This document shows, one piece after another, positions 12,020 through 24,035 of a stretch of 46,608 nt of DNA. The stretch comes from Atractiella rhizophila (lineage: Eukaryota), in NCBI GenBank assembly GCA_021432655.1, contig MU271441.1, positions 19,096-65,703 on the forward strand, written 5' to 3'. Under the pieces are notes generated by a model. The model had not been told where the DNA came from. It did not search any database and saw only the letters and a program-made list of their open reading frames with translations. Position 1 is the first letter of the stretch, and each line of letters begins with the position of its first letter. Both the position numbers and the translations under genes were made by a program.

Positions 12020-14426
12020 TGCTCCCAAAGGACTCTACTTCTATCCAAGTACCCCTGGGACAATCCAATTGTTGACTTGGGGCTGCCTAAAGTTGTTTTT
12101 CCTCGAGCTATCGAGCACAGAGGCACTGCCTGATGGAGACATGAGACATCGTCAAGCTGAAATTCTGTGAGAACTTGAAGGGCAGAACCAGGAGGCACAT
12201 TCTCCTTTGTTCCAGAACTTGGGGAAGGACTGATGTTCCTTGCCTCAGAGTGGTGTAAGCAACCTGTTCCCTGATAACTAGCACTCAAGTCACTTGCCTT
12301 GCCTTGGCACAATCAAAAATTGGCAGGCTTGAACCCCCTATCTCTCAATCTCAAGCTGTGTCTTTTTTGATAGTGTAAATGTTCATAATCCCTAGTGCTA
12401 ACAATTCACATCTTATCTTCAATCTGGCACTCAACCAATTTGCCAATTAATGCTGCCCTTGCGAAGGAGGAAAGCGTCGAAATGCATTCCTGAGAATGAA
12501 CGGTTCGTGTTTTGTCAGCTAATGACATTCGATCAATTATTAAGTGTGCAGTGGGGTTATATGAGTTCATGGCTGTCCGACTCTTACAAGCACTTTTGTC
12601 CAATGAGAAGATCCAACACAAGCCAAGCGAAGACATCGAATTCGTTTACGTTCTTGTTTGGACACCCATCCAACTTGCCGTAGCGGAATGGACGTGGCGA
12701 CCCGCCAGAGCTACCTGAGACAACCTAGGAATGACGTGTGGAACACAATCAAGCGACGAACTGCAATCATCAATCATAACTGGCGCAGCGGCCGCACTGC
12801 ATTTAAGCACAGCCAAACTTGCTACACTGCTCAAGCATCTCTTTACCCACCTTAATTATCGTTTGCTTGAGTGTGAAATGGTGATAAATCAGCTTCAGGT
12901 TGCCTTCAAGAATGAGACAACAGCACAAGTCAAGGTTGAGGAGATAATCGGTCGCTTGAGTACTCATGACTTCATGCGAAACCAGTTGCGAAACACCATT
13001 GAGGATGAAGAACTGAGAAAATGTGTACAGGATCCCGCCGTGCAACCATTGAAACACAAGAGTAGGCTTGAAGGCGGCGCAACGAGTTCAGGGGCGAAGA
13101 GACGGAGCAGTTCTTGATCTCAGTCAGGTACTACTCAATAACTTTCAGATTGCAATTCTATTGATGATGTATTTTACCGTGACAGTAGGAGCTGAAGGCG
13201 TCAATGGGTGGAGCGGATGAGCACTTGACGCTGTCCAGTGGGAGCGTTCATTTGGCTCTGAATGAAAGAGTTGGGTGAGTTCCAATTTGAACAAAATGAG
13301 AAACACGAGGGACTGAACTGATATTCTTGTCTTGTTCCATGTCTTCTGCATTAGCCACTCCATTCATCTCTACATCAATATTCAATATTCATCGACATCT
13401 CTATTGGGTTTTTCAGTCTTACTGTGTGCCACTTGGTGGCAAAGTTCTTGAATGTTCTACCACTTTCTAGTTGCCACTCCTGTAAACTATATAAACACAT
13501 AGAATTTCATTGTTGGTGCTCATGCATTTGCAAGAGCTCAGCCAAACGTACAAACACGTCCCGTGATCCGCTCGCCAGACCCGTATATCTACATCAGCAG
13601 AATCCTGGGGGGGTGCATATAGCGGTATGGGAGCTATAGTAGCCCATAGCCAGTTCAGCACCTGGCACGGTCATAGCTGCAAACTATGAGCCTATGTGCT
13701 GTGCTATCAGTAGCAGCGCTAGGAGACCTCGTGACGAACTTTCTGAGGTTTGATCATTGCCACGATTGCTGCAGGATTGCTTCCTCCCATCAGGTGAGTA
13801 CTTCTGGTCTATGCTTTGAGGTCTCAGTCCAAGGCGGCTCCCAGCGTCGATCGAGTTTCAATCTGAGTCAGCTCAAACATCTTCTGACCCCACAATATCA
13901 GAAAATATGAAAGAAGATCCACACTTATTACATGGAGAGAGAAAGGAAGGGCCTACAGTTTAGACCTGCTGTTAATGTTAATCAAGATCTATGGTGCAAG
14001 AATACAGAGTTGTCAGGCAGAGTTGAGGACAAGCTTTGCCAACTTGAAGGAAAACTTGTGTGGGGCTTTCTTGGACTTTGCGTTATTTATTGCTTCGCCA
14101 GGAAGCCCCAGAGGCTGGAGTACCCCCATGGTTCCCGAAGAGATGCGACGTGTGATACGTGACAGTTCAGCCTTCTAAATTGACATGTGACCCCATAGAG
14201 CCAGCATCATGTGTGCCATAGTTCCGATAGTTGTATATGAAAGGCAGCAGACCCGTCGCCCCAGGGGTCGGCAATGTCGGCGTTATAACTGCTCCAAAAC
14301 TGAATGACCTGCTTTTTGGTTGGAAATTTTCTCAAAATTGAAGGGCCAAACCATTTTTCCCTTGCGGCCTCCGGCCGCTTGCGCAAACCCCTGGGGGCGA
14401 CCAGTTTGCCCTGTATTTCATCTACC

Positions 14427-14753
14427 ATGTCCTCGGCAGGCAAAAGTCTGCAGCAGCTCCTTCAGAGGCTCGATGTGATTGAATCAAATATCAATGCAAG
14501 ATTTAATGCTCTGGATGCGCATATCAATCCCCAAACCACAAAGGTCTCAAATCTTGAAACTCTCCAAGGTGAACAAGCAGCATCTGTGTTGACCGCTATC
14601 ATGCGGACCAGTGAGGAGATGAAGGCAGAAATGTGCTGCCTGTTTCAACTTCGGGATTCTCGGTTGGAAGCAATGGAGGTGAATATAGTGACAAAGTCTT
14701 CGTGTGAATGTCCAGCATCTCCTAAGTGCTTTTCCCAGATGCTTGATGGATGA
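14427..14753 (+). CDS. hypothetical coiled-coil ORF, possibly TE-derived or decayed
   Basis: MSSAGKSLQQLLQRLDVIESNINARFNALD... heptad-like composition; no family recognised. Confidence 0.25.
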   Translation: MSSAGKSLQQLLQRLDVIESNINARFNALDAHINPQTTKVSNLETLQGEQAASVLTAIMRTSEEMKAEMCCLFQLRDSRLEAMEVNIVTKSSCECPASPKCFSQMLDG

Positions 14754-16439
14754 TTTTGTAACTACAAGTTTAGGAAATCGTCGCCATGCTAGTACTGAAG
14801 AGAGAAGCAAAGAGATGGAACCTCCCCTCCGTACGTGTGAAGCGCATCATTTTTTCATTTGGCTAATTGAATCTCCAGTCCTTCTGCAGCATCTGCTCAC
14901 ACCTTTGGCTGAGTTCACTTCTAAGGCCTAGTTTGGTTGCCCTTTTTGCTCACATGACCATTCTTATGGAATCAGTCCCAGAAGACACAAAATTCGTTGG
15001 AGCAATCTGATTTATTTATAAATGATAAACACAGAAGCAGCCTTTTGCACAACTCAGGTTTTGAAGAGAAACTAAGCACTCTTTGATTTCTGTGGAGCTT
15101 TCTTTAGTTTTCCTCACACTAAGGCGTTGACACAGTTTTGTGTTGAGCGAAGCGAAGACCGTGCCGACCCAGCCCGCGACCGTACATACCTCGGACGGAT
15201 ATCCCTGCGTGGAGATGAGGACTGTGTGAGTGGCGGTCTTCACTTCTGAGGAGGAAGATGATCGGGGTCAACCATGGGGAGTCCGTGAGCATCGACTACG
15301 CCATGGAGAGGGTGACGACGGCACTGGGGCACAGGGGAACGTGCTAGGGAATGCGCCGCGAGGGGACGGGGAGATAGTACATGAGGAGCATTAAGGTGAG
15401 GGAAGGAGGACTGATGGTCAGGCTTACAAGAGTATTGTCGGATAATGGCACCTTTCGGACATTGGTAAACCACCGGACAAGGAGTGATCGAGTGATCGAT
15501 GATCGATGATTCTCCACGAGAACAGACTTGAGTCAATGTTCAGTCAGTTCCGTCAATAGTCAGTCACTGCGCGATCAAAATTCAGTCCGCCAAATTGCCT
15601 GAAAATTCCACAGTGCAATGTCAGTTGTTCTTCAGTGCTCATTTATGCTGCCGTTCACATTGCAGGAGCCCAGCAGGAGCGGGAGCTGGCGGCCGCATCA
15701 ACATACTTCATCTGAATTTTTTTACAGAGGACAAGTTCCATGTCTTACTCGTCCACCTTCCCTTTCTGCCAATCTTCCTATTCCTCTTGTCGCTCAGTCA
15801 CTCGTCCCTCCACCTCTCTGTTCGCAGAAAATGGAAAGGCGGAGCGGATTGAGTGGTTATCGAAAAGATGGAGAAGAGAGAAGCGGGTAGCGGGCGCTGG
15901 TGAGTGGTTTGCTGATTTGCCGTTGCACAGAGAGTGACCTGTCAAGGAGATGCAAGATTGGTCTTGACCTTTGCGAACAGCGGTCGTAGAGGAGTTTTTA
16001 AAATGGGCCATGGCGAGTGTTTTGGATGCTTTGCATGCCATGTCGCATGTCATGAGCTCTGCTTTCCTCCCTTGGTCCTACCAATAAAGTCGAGACCTAG
16101 GTTACTAGATATCTTCAAGATCAAGGCTACACACGGAGGGAATAGTGGTTGTTGTGACGACGCAACGACATGCACCTCACACCAAAGTCTGTTATTTATC
16201 CTTTCAATTTCTTCATTCCTTTATTTTGTTTGGTCTATATGTTTATATCTTACTGTGGGGACTGTTTTCTGACGAAATTGGATCTGTAGCCTGGTCAATC
16301 GGTTCGCCGGACAAGTCGTAATCCCACGTCTTTGGGGCTGTCGTACGCTTTCCAGGCTGGTGCTTCGTTGTGCTAGGCTCGGGAATTGAAGTACAAGTGT
16401 GTCTCCTCGCTGCCCTCACTATTTTTCTTTCTCGGAGTG

Positions 16440-16666
16440 TCCTTTAACTGATTGTATTCATCGGTTCGACCAGTTACTGTTGTCAATAAGCTTGTGAGGC
16501 AGAGCGAGGACATTGAGGTTTGTCCCTTCCTTCCCCACACTCTCTCTTCGTGATAGGTCGGGCATGTATGGATTGTAGATAGTGCGATCATATTTGTACA
16601 ACTGGCAAACCAAATATCAGCAGCAATGAGAACTAGCTAAGGCTACATTCGAACTGAATTGCAACT
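16440..16666. repeat. dispersed repeat, internally deleted copy of 9600-10010
   Basis: Same two conserved blocks as 9660-9695 and 9934-10010, but much closer together. Confidence 0.85.
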
Positions 16667-17887
16667 GGGGATGGACTGACTGAATGTGCAGCTGCAGCAG
16701 GTTGAAAGTCATCTCATTTGGCACAAACTGAAGTTCAGTCGCTCAAAAGTCAGTCGCATTTCAGTCACCGATTTCCTCCTGACTTTTGACCCATAAATGA
16801 TGGAATCCGTTTTCACAGAAGTTCAGATCTTAACACGTGTATAAGAATCACTACTCAAGGCACGTCCTGGAGCTGCAAGAGAGACGTGCCAAAGGTCCCT
16901 TTGACAGAGGAACTCCAGCTACATAGTCAAGACTGACCAAGTCAAGGTCCGGAATTTAAACAAATTAGGCCCCGCTGATTCTGAGGTGCAAAATCGTCTC
17001 GAAGGGTCAGTACTCCGTTCCTTCCCCGCATTCCTCTTTTTGATTGGCATCGCTATGGGTGCTCTTTGTTTGTGGTGGTTTGGGGCAATCAGATTCTGTG
17101 CAACAAGAGTTCGAGGTACAAGACGAGACAGCACTGATGAATCAGTTGAAGAGAATTCTGCACGGATACAAATGTCCTCAGTTAAGATCTGGCATCTTTT
17201 CTGTCTTCAGTCACACCACAGTACTTCTGCAAAGCACCAGTCACATGCTTTTTCTGTCAGGAGTAACGACTCACTCTCCTCCTCCTCCTCATCGTCCCAA
17301 TCCGCAAGCTTTCTCTCCAGAGTTGTCATCGATTTGGCACTTACTCTCTTGCAGCATTCCAATCGTCGACGCCGCAGCGATGGTTGCTTCCTACTGTTCG
17401 AACGATGTAAACCCAGCCTCGTTTTCGATGTTCGCATCCCCCTTCGTTCCTCCTGTCGATCGAGCTGTGCAAGTGACACGACAGCTGGCACTTACAGGAT
17501 AACAGGAGATGCGGGACACCTCACCACATGAACAGAGAGCATGGACATATGAATCATGCATCAAGTTCTGTCAGCTCGTTTCACTGGGATAGACGCTTCA
17601 GAGGGATCATCAGCAAATTCCCTGGTGCTATATCTATCCTAGGGTTACCGTATAAACCGTTCCTAGGAGCTCCTAGCAGCCCCTATAGACCTTTGGGACC
17701 CTACGGCAAACTTCAAAAACCGACCTTCCATAAACTTTAAACACGTTCCCCGTGTCCGCTTCAAACAAGACCAGCTGCCGAGGTATCACATTCTTGACGA
17801 ATGCACGATAAGTTTTACGAGGACTTTACATATGCTGCCAATACATGTCAATATTTGTCTATGTTAATATAAAACGTCAATATATTG

Positions 17888-19124
17888 TCAGTCCTCATCA
17901 TCGGTCAATGTACAGGGTACCTCTGGGTATACCATGAACTCATCGTACCCATAAGAGACGAACTCGACCCCTGATTTATGGCAAAGAGATCGCCAAAGGT
18001 TGAAGACTTTTTCAACCAGAACAGACTCACGTCCTCCTTTTGAACCTGTCAAACATTTCATTGTAAGATACACAGAAGACCTTCAAGTTGGCGAAGAGCA
18101 CCAGTATGTTGTCGAGTATTAGATCAATATAAGTGGTGTCCTGCAGCTTATGAGCCTGATAGCAAACGTGAAGTCTTGTTATGTGAGGAGAAATATTTTC
18201 GTTGAGTGGAAAGGCTCTGAGCATTCCTGAAGAAATGGTGAGCGTGCGGATAGTAAAATCGCTATTGCAAAGAATCTCTTGAAGACTCGCAAAATCGATG
18301 CTGCCCCTGTTCTTTACATCATAAAACGTTTCGTAGCGGAAATGAGTTAATGAAGTGAGGTTGGCCACGGAAATGCATGTGATGACACTGGAGAGAGAGC
18401 TGTCTTCTTCGTCTTCTTGGGCTCCGCCTTCTGCTTCGTCATCCAGAACCTTGGCTAGAGCAAGGTCGGAGAGGAGCGGAGCTCCTTAAATAAATCGTGT
18501 AAGCAGGTCAACGTCAACCTCGATAAAACCAAGTTTCAGACAATGAAGATTAACAAGCTTTTCGATGTTTTGGGGAAAGTCTCCTAATGATCTGCGACCG
18601 CGAAATTCGATTGCCAAGGTCGTGAGATGACCAACAATTGGGAGAACTGATTGGAGTTGATAAGCTGGAGGCACTGGTTGGTATAAAAGTACCAGCTGAA
18701 GGGAAGCAATTTGCTCAGGGAGCATTGCAGGTAGAGAGGGATGAAACATATGCTGCCCTATGTCCAGTGTTATCCTTTTGACATGATCGAGCCTAGCAAT
18801 TTTCTCCACCTGCGAGGCGACTTGCTCCGACATGGGTGTCATGCCCAAGCCATCTAAGCGAAAGTCTACATGTTGCACATAGTCTAGTTGCAGATTCTTC
18901 TTCTTCTCTTCCGTCAGTTGGTAAAATAGTCCGATTTTGGTAATTGAATCCAACCGAACAGTCGAATAAAGCACGAAGGAGGCAATGGCATGAAAATTCT
19001 TTGAAACTAAGAAGCAAGGTGCCAGACGGTAGTAGCGATATTCTCGGTAATTATTTCCCCCAAAGCTTAGGCCTATTAGGAGTAGAATTTCAGGAAGAAT
19101 CTCGTTCGGCAGTGCGACTGGCAT
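17888..19124 (-). pseudogene. F-box-like protein (N-terminal F-box, LRR-like body), interrupted
   Basis: MPVALPNEILPEIL...LAPCFLVSKNFHAIASFVLYSTVRL F-box pattern. A single TAA at 18486-18488 separates in-frame ORFs 18486-19124 and 18027-18368; a frameshift near 18045 leads to the last segment (LCHKSGVEF..DDED*). Confidence 0.75.
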
Positions 19125-20047
19125 CTAAACAGTCAGCATCGGAGACGACCTGAGAGCTTCTGCTAATCTGTAAAGACAGTCTAGCAGATTTGAATGTGAG
19201 CGACATTCGCAAAGCAGCGCGAAGACCTACTGTAACCTAAACGACCAAAATTGCAGGAAGGAGGACCGTAAGGAAAGGTTCGGAATTCGACAGATGATGA
19301 AATTTCGCTGCAATTTGATCTAAATTCAAAGTGTTTACGCGAAAGGTTTGCAGATAAAAGGGAGAATAACCCTTCTGTCTTATGACTACGTGTGTTTAAT
19401 GCCCTTCTCAGTACTTCAAGTTTGTAACGTATTTAGCAGATTCCAGATGGCTGTCGCGGCAGTAGAGACGACAAGAAAACGGGCGAGGGGGTATTCTGGT
19501 TTAAAAGGTGATAGGCGGATATGGCTGAAATGACCTGCCATATCGTATTTGATTGCCTTTGAATTAGAGTTCTTTTCGGCAGAAGTGGTACAGGTCTGAG
19601 TTTGTTTTATTTGTTTGAGTTCCTGCCTTTCGTACCAGAACGCATACACTCATATGCGAGACCCTCCGCCTCTCCGCCTGAAACGCCGAATCACCTCGGA
19701 TTGGGGCTGTATCTATGACGCAAACCGTGGGAACTTGAGAACGTTGTTTGAGGAGGTGAATAACCTCTCGTACGAAAGTATCGAGGCGGTGGAATCAAGA
19801 TGGAATAGACCCGAATGAACGTCACCTCACCTCAAAGCGACTTTCGGCAAACCGGTCGCCCGGTCAGTTTTGGTCCGGGTTTTTAACCCCTACATCGCTG
19901 ACCCTGCGCCACCACTCCATTGTCTGTTCCTTTCTTAGGATCACACGAAACACACTGTGTACGTTTCGCAAGCTGATTTGGGGCAGCACTCACTATGCTA
20001 TCGCTAGCAAGCCTAGGACGGGATGGACAAGCAATGAATCTCGAAGA

Positions 20048-20623
20048 TCGTGATCCTTTCGTACGAGCAACACAAGCATCGTGAATTTACGCTGTCCCGC
20101 AGAAGATTACGCAGGAGGCATCTCCTTGATCCGTCCTCTTACGCTGGGTTTGTCTCCGGATCATTTCCCATTGACGACTCCTCCATTGAATTGACAGAGA
20201 GATCCTACAGTCCCTGCTCAGCTCGTTGTAGTGTCGCAAGCTCCGTCATAAACAATAATGAAATGCTAAGCTCTGTGAAATGCCCTTTCGTACGAAAGGT
20301 TATGCTTTCTCGTACGAAAGGTTATGCTTTCTCGTACGAAAGGTTATGGTCTCTCGTCGAAGGGTTGAGCTCTCTCGTACGAAATGTTATTTCTCTCGTA
20401 TGAAAGGTTATTCCTCTCGCACGAGGGTTTATTCCTCTCGGACGAAAGGTTATGCTTCTCGTTGCATTTCCTACGAAATCCTAGGTGACACTATGAGGTC
20501 GTTGATGGGGAACTGATCGGGAGAATCCCGCGTAAGGGGACGGATCAAGGAGACGACGAAAGTATTTTCTGCGGGACAGCGTAAGATCACCATGCCTGTG
20601 TCGCTCGTACGAAAAGATCACGA
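20048..20623. mobile_element. foldback/MITE-like structure: long inverted arms enclosing a 22-bp tandem array
   Basis: 20048-20180 is the reverse complement of 20495-20623 (TCGTGATC.TTTCGTACGAGC.ACAC..GCAT.GTGA..TTACGCTGTCCCGCAGAA...TCTCCTTGATCCGTCC.CTTACGC). Confidence 0.75.
20281..20465 (+). repeat. 22-bp tandem array, about 8 units of TCGTACGAAAGGTTATGCTTTC
   Basis: Period 22 visible directly; units degrade toward the right. Confidence 0.9.
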
Positions 20624-20951
20624 CGAAAAGATTCGGAAAATACGATATCCTCTCGACCGAAAGAATCAGGAAACTATCCTCTTGTACGAAAGGATCGGGA
20701 AAGCGAACAAATCCCTGCCCTACTTAAGGTAGTATGTCTTCACTTTCTCTCTCAGCAATCACCGTTGCCTGATAACCATCATCGTGTGACTCATACATTC
20801 CCAGTTCGGCCATCCTCGCGCTGTCCCAGCTATCTGCAACGTAACGCACCTGTACTCGTATTCCGTCAATTTTGCTGCAGGTTGACACGATTGGACCATC
20901 CTGTCCTTTCTTCTCCGGCAACCGCCTTCACTGTTTCTACATAGGTTTATA

Positions 20952-21674
20952 GTGGCAGAAATCGGAAGGTATTATCTAGCGCATCGCCGTCTCACTTTCA
21001 CAACGGTGCGACGACCTGAACTGCTGGAGCGTCGTCCGCGTTTTCAACTTGACAGCAATGGGAGACCTCTCCGGATCGCTGATGCCTCAAGTCGCTACGA
21101 CAAGTATTTGCGATTGACCTACTTCGCCAGACGCCTGTGTGGGTTGAGGAGGGCTTTCAATCCTTTTTTGGAGTTCTCGGCTCTTGCTGCTTCAATCGCT
21201 GCGAATCCGACCTCTTCCATCGAAATCAGGAGTGGTTTTGCTGTCACAGGAATGGTCATCTCCTCCATATCTTGCCTCACCTTTGTGTCTGGGATCCTCG
21301 TCGAAGTTTTGGAAACCAAATTACGACGACTTATTCTGGAAGTCGCTCCACAAGGATCCCTAACACAGAATCACATTCGCTCAAATTTCATCACGAACAT
21401 CACCTCCCTCAAACGCCACTCGGCAGTTTTCGTTGCCTTCGCAGATATCGCGGCTTCTGTAGCTTCCCATCCTGACATATCTGAGACGAGGAGGAGATCG
21501 TTCGCCTTCGCCGGGATCATGCTTGCCGCCATTGGATGTGCTCTCTACATCGTCAGCGGGTTAACGTCTCTTCTTGTCACGGATGGTATCGTGGACGATG
21601 TGGCGAAGGATGCAAACATGCCGGTCGACCTCAATGCTTTTAGTTCTCGCTCTTCGACGCTCAGCCCAGATTAG
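20952..21674 (+). CDS. hypothetical membrane protein with an internally duplicated two-helix hydrophobic unit; true start probably in an upstream exon
   Basis: Uninterrupted 240-codon ORF with two similar blocks: FLEFSALAASIAANP..IRSGFAVTGMVISSISC..FVSGI and FVAFADIAASVASHP..RRSFAFAGIMLAAIGC..IVSGL. The GTG start overlaps a TTTATAG acceptor-like site. Confidence 0.6.
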   Translation: MAEIGRYYLAHRRLTFTTVRRPELLERRPRFQLDSNGRPLRIADASSRYDKYLRLTYFARRLCGLRRAFNPFLEFSALAASIAANPTSSIEIRSGFAVTGMVISSISCLTFVSGILVEVLETKLRRLILEVAPQGSLTQNHIRSNFITNITSLKRHSAVFVAFADIAASVASHPDISETRRRSFAFAGIMLAAIGCALYIVSGLTSLLVTDGIVDDVAKDANMPVDLNAFSSRSSTLSPD

Positions 21675-22356
21675 GACGACATTGGATTACGTTGCGGGGT
21701 GCCTCCCTCATCCCAGCTTCAAGATCTTTCGCGGCTTCCTGTCGTAACCAAGGGATTCCTCGACAAGAGGTTGAGGAGCTCCGAGGCTTGATAGTATTGC
21801 TCCGCAATGTATGGAATATATTCAGTCTTCAGCACAACCTCAGCGTGCAAAAACAACAGCTCCAGGGTCAAGCTTCATTAACAAGAATGTAACAGTCCAG
21901 CTCATCCTCCTTTGGAAATGCAGTTACTGTGATTGCGATCTATGTTTCCAGAAGTAAGGAACGCCTGACAACACAAGGCGGTCTCAAGAGATTCGAAGCG
22001 GCGGAAATAGCTTCCCAGTCTGCCACCACCTTCGACTTCCCCTGCCTGCGCTCAATCCCCTCCAGTTAAGCGGTTCCGAATACGTTGTTCCCCTTTCTTA
22101 ACCCCAAACATCGAGTTCTGGCATACCATGTCACTGCGAAACCGCCAACTCGCAAAAATGATGGATGCTAACGTGTGAATAGGCCGGGAACCGATCATAA
22201 TGTAATAGTAATAGTAATCAACGGTAAGCATTCAAGTTGCCCCACGGATTGGGACTCTGCTCCTTATGTGTATCCAAAAATCAAGCTCACATTTGCAAAA
22301 TCAGTAACTGAGACACAGCAAATCGCACAGTCCTCTTTCATATGGGCTTTTAGCTT

Positions 22357-22397
22357 CTCTTCACTCTTCACTCTTCACTCTTCACTCTTCACTCTTC
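22357..22397 (+). repeat. (CTCTTCA)n microsatellite, about 6 units
   Basis: Perfect 7-bp period. Confidence 0.95.
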
Positions 22398-24035
22398 GCA
22401 ATACTGCTTCTAGCCCTTCGACGTCTCCAAAGCCTGATTAGATGACAACCCCGTTCCCTTTCTTTTTGCATTCTCTGACCGGGACGCCAGAGCCTCGTTA
22501 ACATAGCATAGAGATGTGTGAGGAAACGAAGCAAGCACGCCTGAAACACTCAAAGAGTTCACAAACGCTGAGAACAAGCGGTTCAGGCTGTTGGTGCAGC
22601 CCTAAGATCATGGCGAGGTTCGTAGGAGAAAGAGGGTGGTAGAATAGAAAGGTGCGTCCAGCTCGGGAAGAAAAGCGGACCTTTGGAAGCGCGTTTACAG
22701 TAAGTACAGCTGACATGAATGAAATAACATTTACTCACCTCCCACACAAGTGCAGCAAGGCTTAGGGCAAGCTCTACAGGATGGTGGTTGTGTGTGAGGG
22801 AAAAGGTCACAGAATGAAGACTGCGAAAGAACTGACTCATAATAACACGACACTGATAAATGGGAATGATATATTGTATTTGTATCACAGTGACACCACC
22901 CTATACGCTTGCAACCTTGTTCTCTGGAAGAGGTATTCAAGATGCATCACCTTCGGGACCTTTATTCTTGTTACCGCGGTATCACACATTACTGGACAAT
23001 TATCCGTTAGTCACCTCAGTCTTCTCTCTGGTGTCAATGGCCATCGAGACACAAAACGGAACAATGAGCCGCTTTTATAATCCTCGGAGCATTTCACTTT
23101 TTCTGTTTTGAAGTGGCGTCGTACTAGAAATTCTTCAGGTACTTCCCTGGATCTCGGTGGGTCGACTGTGGTAGCTGGCAGACTTTTCCGCATTTTCTTA
23201 GTCATTCCTACATAAACAGCTCCAGGCAGTTGCCTCATTCATTGGCTTCTGTACCGACATGTGCACGCTAGGAAACATTTTCCGACATGACCGCTTTCCA
23301 TCCACGGACACGTGAGCAGCCGATTCACGGCGCCATGCAGACTTATCTTCTCTGTGCTTCGTTCAAGTTCCCAAATTGACTTATTTCAACTTCTTTCCTC
23401 CCAAGAAACGCCATATCGCATGGCTGGTAAGCCGGTTCCTTCTATAATATCAGCCAGTTCCGACACGTGAACTGTAGCTGGCATTCTTGTCCAACAGGCA
23501 TCTATCAACAAGGAATGATGACATTTTAAATGCCACAAGCTAACCAATGATTCGATTCTTAAGGTTGGTCGCACATCGTTACATGACGTTTTCCCATAAT
23601 ATTCAACCATATTAGATGTTGACCTGGATAATTCGTCGTGATCATAAATCAACATCGGTCCAATTCGCCTTGAAGAACTCCAATCCTATGACCATGAACC
23701 TTGCCCCAAGTTGCTCCTTCAAGCTTTCATAGTTGGACCATTGTTTTCGGGTCAAGTAAATAGTTGGAACTCCATCGGACAGATGTTGAAACGTGAGGTT
23801 TTCCAGCTGATCCGTCCAAGTTGCAGCGGAAAAAAAGGTAATGAACGGTGCATATCCTCCGTCGCCGACGTAGGTATTGTTGGTTATACAAGGCGTGTGG
23901 TGACGCGAACGCAAAGCAACTTGAAATCGGGACGTGAGACTTTTGGCGGCGCACGAACCTTGGCTGAAAGTTGAAGAATCAAAAGTACAATCGCCCCAGC
24001 GTGAATTAGGATCAGAGAAACTGCCTGAGAGGCGC

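Noticed and set aside
12400..13117. Possible MULE/SWIM transposase C-terminus
   Set aside because: Only a vague QDPAVQP resemblance; no SWIM or DDE motif readable.
13467..13661. WD40-like string SADVDIRVWRADHGTCL
   Set aside because: Single short match with no further repeats.
17639..17706. TAGGGTTACCG and the CTAGGAGCTCCTAG palindrome as another transposon end
   Set aside because: No partner, TSD or second copy in the window.
20050..20516. ORFs with SYERL / SRTKGY repeats (also 26564-27298)
   Set aside because: They are translations of the 22/33-bp DNA arrays, open in several frames on both strands.
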